A stretch of DNA of 64,000 nt from Candidatus Gottesmanbacteria bacterium (lineage in GTDB: Bacteria > Patescibacteriota > Microgenomatia > UBA10105 > UBA927), in contig JACREN010000044.1 in the NCBI GenBank assembly GCA_016218255.1, positions 2,489-66,488 on the forward strand, in the 5' to 3' direction. Shown here piece after piece: positions 38,435 through 48,372 of the stretch; the first letter of the stretch is position 1, and the number at the start of each line of letters is the position of its first letter. The notes below the pieces were generated by a model. The model was given only the letters and a program-made list of their open reading frames with translations, did not search any database and had not been told where the DNA came from. Made by a program: the position numbers and the translations under genes.

Positions 38435-39118
38435 TCAGGTAAATCTGTATCGGATTAGTGTCCATAATGCGGCGATTCCATCTCTCCATGTCAGCTTCTT
38501 TCCTTCAGAAAATTTTCGTCCGTAATATGAAATAGGCACCTCATAGATCTGATAACCCGCCTTTAGAGTTTTTGCAGTAAATTCAGGCTCAAAATCGAAC
38601 CGCTTCGAACAAATGGTAATTCCCTCTAATACTTGACGGCGAAATACTTTATAGCCTGTTTCCATATCCGTAATATTTGTGTTATAAAGCACATTTGTCA
38701 TAAGAGTAACAAACTTATTACCCATCATATATAGATACATCGTGGACAAATGCGGCCCCAAAAATCGTGATCCATATACCACATCGACTCGAGCGTCATG
38801 GAACGGTTCCAATAGTTTCTCGTAGTCATCTGGGCTATATTCCAAATCCGCATCTTGAATAAGAATAATATCACCAATAGCCTCCACGAAGCCCAATACC
38901 AAGGCCGCACCCTTTCCATTATTGATAGGCGCGTGTATCACATCGCACCGCTTCTCCCATTTTTTTAATATCTCGCCCGTACCATCAGTCGATCCATCAT
39001 TCACTACAATGATTTGCTTCTTCCAGTCTGATAGTTTTTTTGAAAAAACCGCAGACAAAATTTTATCAATGGAAAACGCTTCGTTATAGACTGGTATAAT
39101 AATAGAAACTGTTTTCAT
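38435..39118 (-). CDS. Family-2 glycosyltransferase, DPM1-like polyprenol-phosphate sugar synthase (soluble form)
   Basis: 227 aa with 'VSIIIPVYNEAFSI', 'VVNDGSTDGT' and 'IQDADLEYSPDD'. Confidence 0.8.
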   Translation of the reverse strand: MKTVSIIIPVYNEAFSIDKILSAVFSKKLSDWKKQIIVVNDGSTDGTGEILKKWEKRCDVIHAPINNGKGAALVLGFVEAIGDIILIQDADLEYSPDDYEKLLEPFHDARVDVVYGSRFLGPHLSTMYLYMMGNKFVTLMTNVLYNTNITDMETGYKVFRRQVLEGITICSKRFDFEPEFTAKTLKAGYQIYEVPISYYGRKFSEGKKLTWRDGIAALWTLIRYRFT

Positions 39119-39122
39119 ATTA

Positions 39123-40226
39123 TTAGGCGATAAAATAACCCCGTAAAAATGCGGTAGCGGACAAAATGAAACCCACCATAAAGATCAAAAATGCTAAAAT
39201 CTTTATCCACATATTATGCATGCTTCCGAACATAAAAAAAAGAGGAAAAGCAGAAAGCACATATCTGGGCAATGAAGAGAGGGTACCAGTGAGCGTCGGA
39301 ATAATAAGTATAGCCAACGAATATATAAGATACAACATTCTGACATGGTGTTTATAGCCCCACCACAAAACCCATAATCCTCCTGACAGAACAGCAAATT
39401 CAAATACAGAGATCGCGTAGGTAAGCGAAAACGGAGAAACGGAAGTAAAAATCTTCATATATCTCCAAATAACCTGTGGCAAAAAAATCAATGTATTACC
39501 GCTCCGCTCCGCTCCAAACGCTGGCTGAACGTGAAAAAATGCAAACGGGTCACCGATTGAAAAATACAAATATGCCATATAACTACACAATCCTACTGGA
39601 ATCAATAAAAGACTCGCGAAGGATAATATGGAACGATTCCGCAACTTTTGAGAAAAATATTCACAAAGAATCGCAGGAAATAAGAATATCCCAAACATCC
39701 TTGTGCCGCTAGCAAGGCCGCCGCTAATTCCAGCTAATAACCACCACTTCTTTCTCGAAGAGAATAAACACAAAGCAGAAAGAAATAGAAATAAGCTTTC
39801 CGTGTAAATTGCAGAGAAAAAAAAACTTGTCGGAAATACAAGAAACAGTAATAACCCCCAACGAGCAGTCGACTTATTATAGTCTTCTGCAAGAGCGTAA
39901 AACAACAATATACCCAAATAAAACGATATATGGGAAATTATCAAAGAAACACTTATGTCATTTATACCAGTTAATACCGTAATCCACCGGATGAGCAACG
40001 GATACAACGGAAAAAATGCCTGTTGGTAAGGTCCATATCCCCCTCTCGCAATTGTGAGATAATATACACCGTCTAAATTTGCCCAATAAGAAGGACCCAA
40101 AAACCGCTGATAAAGAGGCCAAAATGCCGGAGCAACCGATTCAATAATCCATAGTGCCACTCTCCAAACAATATACGCAGCACTTACGTTAATTACTATC
40201 CCCAAAGGCTTTTTCATAGGCCCCAA
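39123..40226 (-). CDS. Polytopic membrane protein, GT-C (GT87/DUF2029- or PIG-V-like) mannosyltransferase candidate
   Basis: 367 aa. 'LDGVYYLTIARGGYGPYQQAFFPLYPLL' resembles the D...Y..A...G.(N)PY motif of polyprenol-P-mannose-dependent GT-C enzymes. Confidence 0.45.
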   Translation of the reverse strand: MGPMKKPLGIVINVSAAYIVWRVALWIIESVAPAFWPLYQRFLGPSYWANLDGVYYLTIARGGYGPYQQAFFPLYPLLIRWITVLTGINDISVSLIISHISFYLGILLFYALAEDYNKSTARWGLLLFLVFPTSFFFSAIYTESLFLFLSALCLFSSRKKWWLLAGISGGLASGTRMFGIFLFPAILCEYFSQKLRNRSILSFASLLLIPVGLCSYMAYLYFSIGDPFAFFHVQPAFGAERSGNTLIFLPQVIWRYMKIFTSVSPFSLTYAISVFEFAVLSGGLWVLWWGYKHHVRMLYLIYSLAILIIPTLTGTLSSLPRYVLSAFPLFFMFGSMHNMWIKILAFLIFMVGFILSATAFLRGYFIA

Positions 40227-41229
40227 CAGTCGCGCCCGCTGTCTTTCTCCAGGTGAATTGTCTGACCCATGTAAATTGTTTCTGACGTAATTTCTCCCGT
40301 TCGCCGATGGAAATATTTATTGCAATCTTGATGCCCTGAAAAATCGCATCTTGATCTGATGCGTCTACCCTTATCGCCGGCCCGGCAATTTCGTCTAAAC
40401 TTGACCCTCGTGCACAGATAACCGGACAGCCGCTCGAAAAGGCCTCTAACACTGGTAATCCAAATCCTTCTGCGAAGGATGGCTGAATATATGCGGTTGC
40501 CAGATTGTATATGGCTGCCAACTCAGCATCGGTGACATAACCGGTTCGAATTATATCAGCATCTGCCTGAATTGCATGAATCAATGCATTGATACGCTGC
40601 GTTTCAGATAATGCATCGCTCTTGAACGATTTACCAACCAGAACAAGTTTTAAGCCTTTCGGCTTAGCACGCAATAACCCTATAACATTTTTATTCCAAT
40701 TTACATCACCAACATACAGAAGATATTGCGTTGGCAACTGATATTTTCTTTGTACTGAAGACAGTTCTTTTTTGTCATTTATTGGACGAAATATGTCACC
40801 GGGCGCAAGATAAACCGTATCAATCAAAGCATCCGGAACACCTACTATCTTCTGAATGTCTTGCTTGGAAGCAAAGGAATCTGTAATAATCCGTCGTGCA
40901 CCCCGAAGAGATGCTCTCTGTATATACCATTTCACTTTCCCACGAACACCGCTGGGAAAGTATTCAGGATACACCAAGGGAATAACGTCGTGCACGGTCA
41001 CTACCACTGGTTTGGATTTCACCAACGGGAGAGTAAGAAAAAATGGATCGAAGTAAGGATAATGGACTATATCAGCACTTTTGGGTACTTTTTGTTTTCG
41101 GGTAAAAAAAGAATATGAATGTTTATTTTCATATTTCTGCAACGCCTCTATTAATAATCCTGTATAGGACCCAATGCCTCTATCTCTGTGCTCGCCCTCC
41201 AAAGAGGTGGTATCAATGGCAATATGCAT
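40189..41229 (-). CDS. GT4 (GT-B fold) glycosyltransferase
   Basis: 346 aa with 'YLLYVGDVNWNKNVIGLL' and 'PSFAEGFGLPVLEAFSSGCPVICARGSSLDEIAG'. Confidence 0.75.
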   Translation of the reverse strand: MHIAIDTTSLEGEHRDRGIGSYTGLLIEALQKYENKHSYSFFTRKQKVPKSADIVHYPYFDPFFLTLPLVKSKPVVVTVHDVIPLVYPEYFPSGVRGKVKWYIQRASLRGARRIITDSFASKQDIQKIVGVPDALIDTVYLAPGDIFRPINDKKELSSVQRKYQLPTQYLLYVGDVNWNKNVIGLLRAKPKGLKLVLVGKSFKSDALSETQRINALIHAIQADADIIRTGYVTDAELAAIYNLATAYIQPSFAEGFGLPVLEAFSSGCPVICARGSSLDEIAGPAIRVDASDQDAIFQGIKIAINISIGEREKLRQKQFTWVRQFTWRKTAGATVGAYEKAFGDSN

Positions 41230-42790
41230 ATCTTCTGAGTATACCCAATCCCATCATGCACGACAAACTGACGATCGAGATTAAATCTGCGCCAACCCTA
41301 ATAGGAGTTTCCGCAAACAGAACTTCAATCGCGTGAACTCCCTTTCTCGCCGAGAAAAATATCGTCCCGTCTTCGCTATAGTTAATAAGCTGTTTATTTC
41401 CATCAATCATAACGACCCATCCCGGGAAATACAGACGATTCAGCCGAATCACAGCATCTTCTTCGATATCCGCCACGGCTCGCATAGTAAGTGGCGTTTG
41501 TGTTTGCACAATTATCGTTCCTTTACCTTGCAATACCTCAACGGATTGTGCTGCACGACTTGATTTCCAAGGAGACCATACAGTAGAAAAACTATTGCCG
41601 AGCGATGATGTTCCGTCGGTAAATTCCCTGCGCGACAAATAGTAGGCATCATCACGGTCCATGTAGACAACTGGGTTCATATACTGCAACGAAAACCCGA
41701 TACAGAGAATCGCAAGACCAATCGCAACCCATCGAGCACGAATTCGATAGCTCACATATGCGACAAAAAAGCCAGCTAAAGGCATGACCACTACCAATAA
41801 CCTCCATGGATACTGCACAAACTGCAAAACAGAAAAAAACTCCCATAAGGGGAGAGTTATGGTCTGCATCAACAGAATGACAAATAAAAACAATACGAGA
41901 CCTCCGCTCACCAGTATTTTCAACCATCGTTTTCTTTCAAAAATATTACATACGAACGCAAGGAAAGCCGCCACAACCGCTATGACGCCTAATTGCTGAG
42001 ACATCTCCCCGTCAGGAACGCCTACCTGTGAAAAATTAGTCCCCCAGGAAGGAATCAGCAGCTGGGACAATTCAGGAAAATGTTCACGAAAATTTACGAC
42101 GTTCAAACCCACCATAAAGTTTCTTTCCAAGATAGCGGGTATCCAAAAATATGCGGATAAACCAAGCCCCATCATGGCATATCCGAGATATCGCCACCTT
42201 CTAATGAACAGATAGATAACTACAATAGGAAAGAAAACAATAGAAAGAATATTGTGAGAAAGTATCATTCCTGCAGTTGCCAGGCTTATAACGATCTCTC
42301 TCTGGTGCTCCACGGCTGCCAATAAAAGCATGAACCAGGCCATGAAGATCACTTCCCCGATAGACCCACGAACATATAATTCCACAAACCAGTAAGGAAC
42401 AAAAAGAAATGCGATGGTTCCTACTGCACCTGAAAACTTTCCAAATATCTTTGATAGCCAAACATAGCAAAAAAGACCAGCGGAAAGATACCCGGCCGCC
42501 AGAGCCAACTTGAACGAATCAGTCAAATTCCAACCCAAAGCATGAAAGAAAACACCGATGTAATTCGGAAGCGGGTAGTGAAAATTAAAAAGAGGCAAAC
42601 CGTATCCGCTGTTTAAACCAGGCGCCCACCGCGGGAACCAATATCCTGACCGCAGCATAGTCTCAAATTCATAAAACCGAATCAAATGGTATTCACCATC
42701 ATGAGTCGGAATAAATCCCGGCCTCAAAAGAGGCAATACTGCTGCTATTGATGCGAGCATTAAAATTAAAAATACGATCTTCGTTTTCAT
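41213..42790 (-). CDS. Polytopic membrane protein of the 'HDG' family (GT-C/YfhO- or PTPS-related-like), paralog of 49127..50722 and 59290..60915
   Basis: 525 aa. N-terminal TM helix, then 'PTHDGEYHLIRFYEF...RWAPGLNSGYGLPLFNFHYPLPNYI'. It is collinear with the two paralogs. Confidence 0.5.
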   Translation of the reverse strand: MKTKIVFLILMLASIAAVLPLLRPGFIPTHDGEYHLIRFYEFETMLRSGYWFPRWAPGLNSGYGLPLFNFHYPLPNYIGVFFHALGWNLTDSFKLALAAGYLSAGLFCYVWLSKIFGKFSGAVGTIAFLFVPYWFVELYVRGSIGEVIFMAWFMLLLAAVEHQREIVISLATAGMILSHNILSIVFFPIVVIYLFIRRWRYLGYAMMGLGLSAYFWIPAILERNFMVGLNVVNFREHFPELSQLLIPSWGTNFSQVGVPDGEMSQQLGVIAVVAAFLAFVCNIFERKRWLKILVSGGLVLFLFVILLMQTITLPLWEFFSVLQFVQYPWRLLVVVMPLAGFFVAYVSYRIRARWVAIGLAILCIGFSLQYMNPVVYMDRDDAYYLSRREFTDGTSSLGNSFSTVWSPWKSSRAAQSVEVLQGKGTIIVQTQTPLTMRAVADIEEDAVIRLNRLYFPGWVVMIDGNKQLINYSEDGTIFFSARKGVHAIEVLFAETPIRVGADLISIVSLSCMMGLGILRRYAYCH

Positions 42791-42794
42791 ACTT

Positions 42795-44039
42795 TCATCT
42801 CAATGCTATAATTCCCATTTGATATACAATAACGGAGAAAACGACACCGACAATATATAACGCATTGATCTTGCCCTCTAGGCCAAATAGCAACAAGAGC
42901 ACCAATATTGCGGTAATATCGAGCGAATACCGATATCCGAACTGCATCCACCCGGTACTATAAAGAAGAAGACTGGGAATCATTGTGATAATCGCAGCAA
43001 CCCAGAGAGATAAGATATACGGATCAATTATCAATCGCCCGCGAACTCTACGCCAAAATTTTGCTAAAAAGATTGCCAGAAAAGGAGGCGTCAGATAGAA
43101 AATCGAGCTTCCCTTCAGGTCGAAATTTAATCGCAACCCATGGCTCCAATACAGGGTAGGCAATTCAAAAAACATATAGCGTATATTCGTTGCGACGTGA
43201 GATAGCGACATAATTCCGTATCGCTCGCGCAGGGATGACAGATTTGGCGCTTCGGTAATAAATCGATACCCATATTCCAGTGGATTTCCGAACCGGAGCC
43301 AATTATAGAGAAAAAATATGCCGGTAAAAATACCTAACGGTATTCCGAATATCGCTATCCCATTTCGAATAGCACGCACTTTCTGCTTCCATAAGACCAT
43401 TGCAGAAAGAAAAAAATCCCAACTATAAAGCAAAGCCGGTATACTAACCAGTAGCACAATCGTTGCCCGACCCATCAGAACAACTCCAAAACATAACACC
43501 GAAAAAAAGTATGACCACTGCGTCCGTTTTTTTTTAAATACGCTGTATATACCAAGTGTGCCAAAAAAGTTCGATACCATCTGGTCTACGTGCCAGACCG
43601 AACCGAGAGTCCCCACATAAATATGTGTTGTCCCAAAGGCAAATAAAAACAACGCTAACCACAAAGACGACTCTGACAGATAAGGCAAAAATTCCTGTTT
43701 TATGCGCCGCAGAAGAAAATAAAAAACTACCACATCCGCGCTCGCAAAAAACAAGGTTAAATAAAGCGGTGGAACGAAACGCCCCTTTATGAGCTGAACC
43801 GGAATCAGAAACAAAGCTGGCAACATGCCCCATGGGGCATACCATTTGCCGCCATATTGCACCAAATCATATGTCACCGGCGGATTGACGATATCAAAAC
43901 GGCCTTGCCGAATCGACTGCGCCAACGGATTAAAGTAATCCAAATACCATTTAGGCTGAAACGAAAAACCGGTTGCAATACCAAAAGACAGTACAAAAAC
44001 TGATAGAAAGAGTACAAGTGGTACGCCTATCTTTTTCAT
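42795..44039 (-). CDS. Polytopic membrane protein, function unknown
   Basis: 414 aa with more than 10 predicted helices and no recognised soluble domain. Confidence 0.4.
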   Translation of the reverse strand: MKKIGVPLVLFLSVFVLSFGIATGFSFQPKWYLDYFNPLAQSIRQGRFDIVNPPVTYDLVQYGGKWYAPWGMLPALFLIPVQLIKGRFVPPLYLTLFFASADVVVFYFLLRRIKQEFLPYLSESSLWLALFLFAFGTTHIYVGTLGSVWHVDQMVSNFFGTLGIYSVFKKKRTQWSYFFSVLCFGVVLMGRATIVLLVSIPALLYSWDFFLSAMVLWKQKVRAIRNGIAIFGIPLGIFTGIFFLYNWLRFGNPLEYGYRFITEAPNLSSLRERYGIMSLSHVATNIRYMFFELPTLYWSHGLRLNFDLKGSSIFYLTPPFLAIFLAKFWRRVRGRLIIDPYILSLWVAAIITMIPSLLLYSTGWMQFGYRYSLDITAILVLLLLFGLEGKINALYIVGVVFSVIVYQMGIIALR

Positions 44040-45649
44040 AATCGATATACCGTAACTCTGTCATCACGATAGGAAACCGTAAGATTCGTATCAAATACAG
44101 ATCGGTCTATGATATATCTGAAATTTGCTGGCGGATGTGTCGGAATAGCAATATAATCAATGTTGTTTGATTTTGCATCATGCAAATCAGTATCGCTTTT
44201 TGCCTCAAAAAATCTCGTCGCATTTCTTCTTCGCTCCGATATAGGGTACCCCATCACCTCACCATAATACGTAGCGCCGAAATAGTTTCTTCTGCCGGCA
44301 AGCGTCACCGGATCGAGTGTATCTTCCCGTGAAAGAAAAACGGCGTTGGGAGATGTACTTGTTTTAATCCACTGCATAAACGCATCTGTTGGTGCATCCG
44401 GAACGGCAAACTGAAAATCATTTTTCACCGCCATCATGTCGACGACGCCGGAAGCCGTCAGTAAAATTACCAACACCAAACTCGCGCATTTCATACATAC
44501 ATTTCGCCTCCACATTTCTATAATTGCATATGCGATAAAGATGTTGGTGAAAATCAAAAAATAATTAATCAGTGTATGATTATGATCGATTCTATAGCTA
44601 AGCTGAAACACGTTCGCTATAACAAAAAGCGGTACTACCGACCAAAATAATTTTCGTGCCTTTGGAGCGGCAATTGCTATGGCATATGCCAACACGAATG
44701 GGGCAATGCCTAAATTTTGCCACCAATACGCGAAAAATCCGGCTACAGTCAGCGGCCGTGGCGCTAAAAAACCGGGATTTAACCACTTGTATCCCAAATC
44801 AGGGTCACGATACTGCAAAAGATCCGCTATTCTGGGAAATGCCACGAGAAGTGCCGCAACATACAATGCCGCCAGTCTCTTCCCCTGATGAAAATATATA
44901 AACAGCAAGCCGATCACGATCAAGTTTGCCGCAAAAATCAGTGTATGAATCCAGAAGATCATACCCAATAATAATCCTGTGCCAATAAGCGCAGTAAGCG
45001 GAATTTTCCTCTTATTCATGAGCCGCGGCAATAGATAGACGATTACCCCAAGACTCGTCGCCAATGCCACAATCAGATGCCGTTGATTCAACAACACGTT
45101 CAGCGTAAAAAATAGAGAAATAGTCGATCCGTCAAACGGCCCTTTGTTCAGATAATCAGGCAAATACCAAAACCGCCGTATAAGGTCAGGCCCGATACTA
45201 TTTTGCTTTATAAAATCCACGAATGTCAGATTGCTATGAAAAATAAATAACAAAACGGAAAGTATTCCCGTAGTGACATTTCTTCCGAAGAGAATACCGG
45301 TAAGCCGGTAAATATAAAAGAGTGCCACGGCAAAGGCAAGCGCACTGAGTCCGTTCAGCGCAATATCTATGCGTATACCTGCACGCTCCAATAGGCCGAC
45401 GGTTAAATCAAAACCATAGTGGTACGGGAGAGGCCTCCCGGGGAAAAAAGGCAGCTGAGCAGGGAAATTATTACCCCAGGAAAATGACCGTATTAAAGAG
45501 AGGTGCAACCCGAAATCTCCCAGCTGGTGGCGCGCAATGCGGAACGCATGACCCGATGCATTGTAGCCGAACGATTTATTCATCAGCCAAAATGCAAAAA
45601 GCAAGAAAATGCCAAATAACAGAAGATCACTTTTTTTTATGTGCTGCAT
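44036..45649 (-). CDS. Polytopic membrane protein with a C-terminal soluble domain, function unknown (GT-C-like topology)
   Basis: 537 aa. The N-terminal two-thirds is hydrophobic; the C-terminal ~150 aa is soluble. Confidence 0.4.
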   Translation of the reverse strand: MQHIKKSDLLLFGIFLLFAFWLMNKSFGYNASGHAFRIARHQLGDFGLHLSLIRSFSWGNNFPAQLPFFPGRPLPYHYGFDLTVGLLERAGIRIDIALNGLSALAFAVALFYIYRLTGILFGRNVTTGILSVLLFIFHSNLTFVDFIKQNSIGPDLIRRFWYLPDYLNKGPFDGSTISLFFTLNVLLNQRHLIVALATSLGVIVYLLPRLMNKRKIPLTALIGTGLLLGMIFWIHTLIFAANLIVIGLLFIYFHQGKRLAALYVAALLVAFPRIADLLQYRDPDLGYKWLNPGFLAPRPLTVAGFFAYWWQNLGIAPFVLAYAIAIAAPKARKLFWSVVPLFVIANVFQLSYRIDHNHTLINYFLIFTNIFIAYAIIEMWRRNVCMKCASLVLVILLTASGVVDMMAVKNDFQFAVPDAPTDAFMQWIKTSTSPNAVFLSREDTLDPVTLAGRRNYFGATYYGEVMGYPISERRRNATRFFEAKSDTDLHDAKSNNIDYIAIPTHPPANFRYIIDRSVFDTNLTVSYRDDRVTVYRL

Positions 45650-46745
45650 AAAGTCCCATAAAGACGGCGGGCGGGATAAATGTTACCAGTTTTTTTGTAA
45701 GCGGCGTAACCCCACCCCAATTGCGATGATACACAAATGGAGCAAACCGCAACGGTAATCCAAACGCGAAACCCAACGTCGTTATCTGCAGCCATGACCA
45801 CGGAGAACCAAGCGCTACAAATGTCAGCGGCCAAAGCAGGTACCATGCATATATCTCTTCTCGGATGGGAGAAAGAAAAAATATCATATACATCACGATG
45901 GCGCACCATCGCCAAACAGATTCCCATCGTATAGGCTTCCCTTGCACAACCATCGCAAAAGTTACCACATAGACAGGTAATAAAAACACCGTCGCAAATT
46001 TAATCAATATTGAAGCCAAAAGTGCAACCAGTGACCAATACCATCGTTTTCTCGCTATTAACTCAAAACTTAACAGGGCAAAAAACATCATCACAATGTC
46101 ATTGTGCCCGCTCCCCAACGTTTCGATCAGAACCAATGGATTGAGACCGAAAAACGCAACGGAAAATGCACTTTTAGACCTCTTCCATACCAAAGAAAGA
46201 ACACCGACATAAAACGCGGCAGCAAACAATTTGAACATCCCGATAGTGAGCAATAGATTGTTAAACCCCAAAATATATGGTACTCCGGTCAACGCAATCC
46301 ATACGGGTCCATAGAGCGCAACCTTATTGGAAGCATGAAGAAAACGCAGCATTGGTTCATTTGGGATATCGATCGGCATAATGAGATACGGGTTCTCCCG
46401 ATAAAGAAATGTGATTTTTGCCGTCGCAATGTAATTAAATACATCATAGGAAAACCCTGGAAACGAAAACAGCAAAATTGCGGCGCTTACCGACATGAGC
46501 ACAATGACATGTTTTAATAGCATCCGCTTCCGATATATCTGATACAAAAACAAAATATACCCTACAAATAATAATGCCTGGAGCGCTACGTAGGAAACTG
46601 CCGCCCACGGACGCAGTAAAACAACAAATTCATAGAGTAATGGAACGGTACGAATCGGCATATTCGCGTCCACAAAACCCCACGAAAATATACCTACGAG
46701 GATAAGTACTAAGCTATAAAAAACGGACAATACAATAATGTTCAT
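45627..46745 (-). CDS. Polytopic membrane protein, GT87/DUF2029-like GT-C candidate
   Basis: 372 aa. 'FSYDVFNYIATAKITFLYRENPY' and 'ILIKFATVFLLPVY' parallel the motifs in 56551..57813. Confidence 0.45.
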   Translation of the reverse strand: MNIIVLSVFYSLVLILVGIFSWGFVDANMPIRTVPLLYEFVVLLRPWAAVSYVALQALLFVGYILFLYQIYRKRMLLKHVIVLMSVSAAILLFSFPGFSYDVFNYIATAKITFLYRENPYLIMPIDIPNEPMLRFLHASNKVALYGPVWIALTGVPYILGFNNLLLTIGMFKLFAAAFYVGVLSLVWKRSKSAFSVAFFGLNPLVLIETLGSGHNDIVMMFFALLSFELIARKRWYWSLVALLASILIKFATVFLLPVYVVTFAMVVQGKPIRWESVWRWCAIVMYMIFFLSPIREEIYAWYLLWPLTFVALGSPWSWLQITTLGFAFGLPLRFAPFVYHRNWGGVTPLTKKLVTFIPPAVFMGLYAAHKKK

Positions 46746-47860
46746 ATGTGCCTACCCAAAAAGCTGCGGACTGCCTGTGTCCCTAAAATATACGCAACCG
46801 GCAAAAACGGCAGCAAAAAACGGGACGAAACCACACCAAGAGAAAGAAATAGCCCATACAGCAATACCCACCAAACGAGAACGAATAAATAAGGGGAAAC
46901 CTGGAGTTTTTTCTTTAGGATAAAATAAATCAAAATCAAAGACAGCCCAGTGCCTATTGCCCAAGTTATCTGCCAGTCATCTGCGGGTATGACATCCATA
47001 TTCCCCCACCATGTTTGCCACTGATTGAAAAATACAAGCCGCCATACGGAAAAAGGGAACAATAATTTACTTTTCTGGTAGAGAATAATCCACTTCTGAA
47101 AGCCTAAAAAACTTATAAAAGAATATCCGTCAAGAAATGTCCTGGTGTATGAAACTACCAATACTCCGAGAGATACCGGCAACCAAAGAAACAATCGCCA
47201 TACTGATGAAATCCGCTTTTGAAAGATCAAAAATAATACGAAAGTAATACACAGAAGAAATGCCGGAAAATGCGTTTTGGTCGCCATAACAAGACCGAGA
47301 CATAATGCAGTAAACATAAAGCGCTGTTTTGGATATTCCACAATAAATACATAGAGAGAAAGCAATATGAACGGCAGTTGGATAATGTCCAGAAGCGGCG
47401 CGGTAGTCAGCTGGTTAAGAAATAAAGTATCCGATGAAAAAACAGCAATCGGGACGAGCGCCCATGCGGTTGACCGGAAAATCCTTTTCCCCAACAAAAA
47501 TAAACTGACGAGCGTAACGAGACCAAAAGGAATCGCAACAAATTTGTCATTTTTTAATATCGAGATCGACGCGGCGATAAAATATTTCCCGAGCGGCGTC
47601 GTCTCGGAATTTACCAATATGGGATCGACGCCGTGCAAATATGCTCCCGCTGCATAGCTAAATACCGTCTGATCCGGTATTATTGCCGGGTCTTTCGTTT
47701 TCCGGTATTGAGATTCATTAAAAACACGTTCAAAATCCTTGTAAATTCCCTCTGAATAATACGGATCAACGTAGGCACCGATACTTGGAAACAAAGTGGA
47801 ACCAACGCGGATTACGACATACCCGGCCAAAATGCACGATACCCAAAATGAACGCTTCAT
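46742..47860 (-). CDS. Short PMT/ArnT-like (GT39-type) membrane glycosyltransferase
   Basis: 372 aa. 'DQTVFSYAAGAYLHGVDPILVNSETTPLGKYFIAASI' resembles the PMT loop-1 region ('HPPLGK'). Confidence 0.5.
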   Translation of the reverse strand: MKRSFWVSCILAGYVVIRVGSTLFPSIGAYVDPYYSEGIYKDFERVFNESQYRKTKDPAIIPDQTVFSYAAGAYLHGVDPILVNSETTPLGKYFIAASISILKNDKFVAIPFGLVTLVSLFLLGKRIFRSTAWALVPIAVFSSDTLFLNQLTTAPLLDIIQLPFILLSLYVFIVEYPKQRFMFTALCLGLVMATKTHFPAFLLCITFVLFLIFQKRISSVWRLFLWLPVSLGVLVVSYTRTFLDGYSFISFLGFQKWIILYQKSKLLFPFSVWRLVFFNQWQTWWGNMDVIPADDWQITWAIGTGLSLILIYFILKKKLQVSPYLFVLVWWVLLYGLFLSLGVVSSRFLLPFLPVAYILGTQAVRSFLGRHI

Positions 47861-48372
47861 AATATCCGTTTTTGTTTCGCTTCAAAAAATATTTTTGTAA
47901 AATCCAAAAAAACCGGCTCCAGCTTCTCCGGTTTCCACACATATTGAGCAGGTACTTCTGTCTGTATTCCATCTAATGTTTTCAGATGCTTTTCCGAAGC
48001 TTCGCTGATTTTTTGCCGCAATTTGGAAACATTTTTTCCTTCTTTTTCTATCTCATGAAGAAGCCCGGGGAGGACAGTAAATTGCTCATTTGATCGCGTT
48101 AATGCATCGACTGCCAAAACATATTGCTGATATTCAAATAATGTTTTTGCTTCAACCAAATATTTATCCGATAGCTGTAAATGATACTGTAGCGACGCAA
48201 TAGATCCCCAATACCAGTATCGTTTCAACGAATCGGCTATACGGGATAGCAAGTAAAATTTACTTCCCGGCATTGACCCCGGATATGGCAATACATATTC
48301 TGCCCTCACGGTTGTCGTCCACAAAAACGCCGCAAAAACGAGTAATATATATAGAAAATATTGTTTTTTCAT
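47857..48372 (-). CDS. Small secreted protein, paralog of 21865..22449
   Basis: 171 aa. Signal peptide 'MKKQYFLYILLVFAAFLWTTTVRAEY', then 'VLPYPGSMPGSKFYLL'. Confidence 0.6.
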   Translation of the reverse strand: MKKQYFLYILLVFAAFLWTTTVRAEYVLPYPGSMPGSKFYLLSRIADSLKRYWYWGSIASLQYHLQLSDKYLVEAKTLFEYQQYVLAVDALTRSNEQFTVLPGLLHEIEKEGKNVSKLRQKISEASEKHLKTLDGIQTEVPAQYVWKPEKLEPVFLDFTKIFFEAKQKRIL

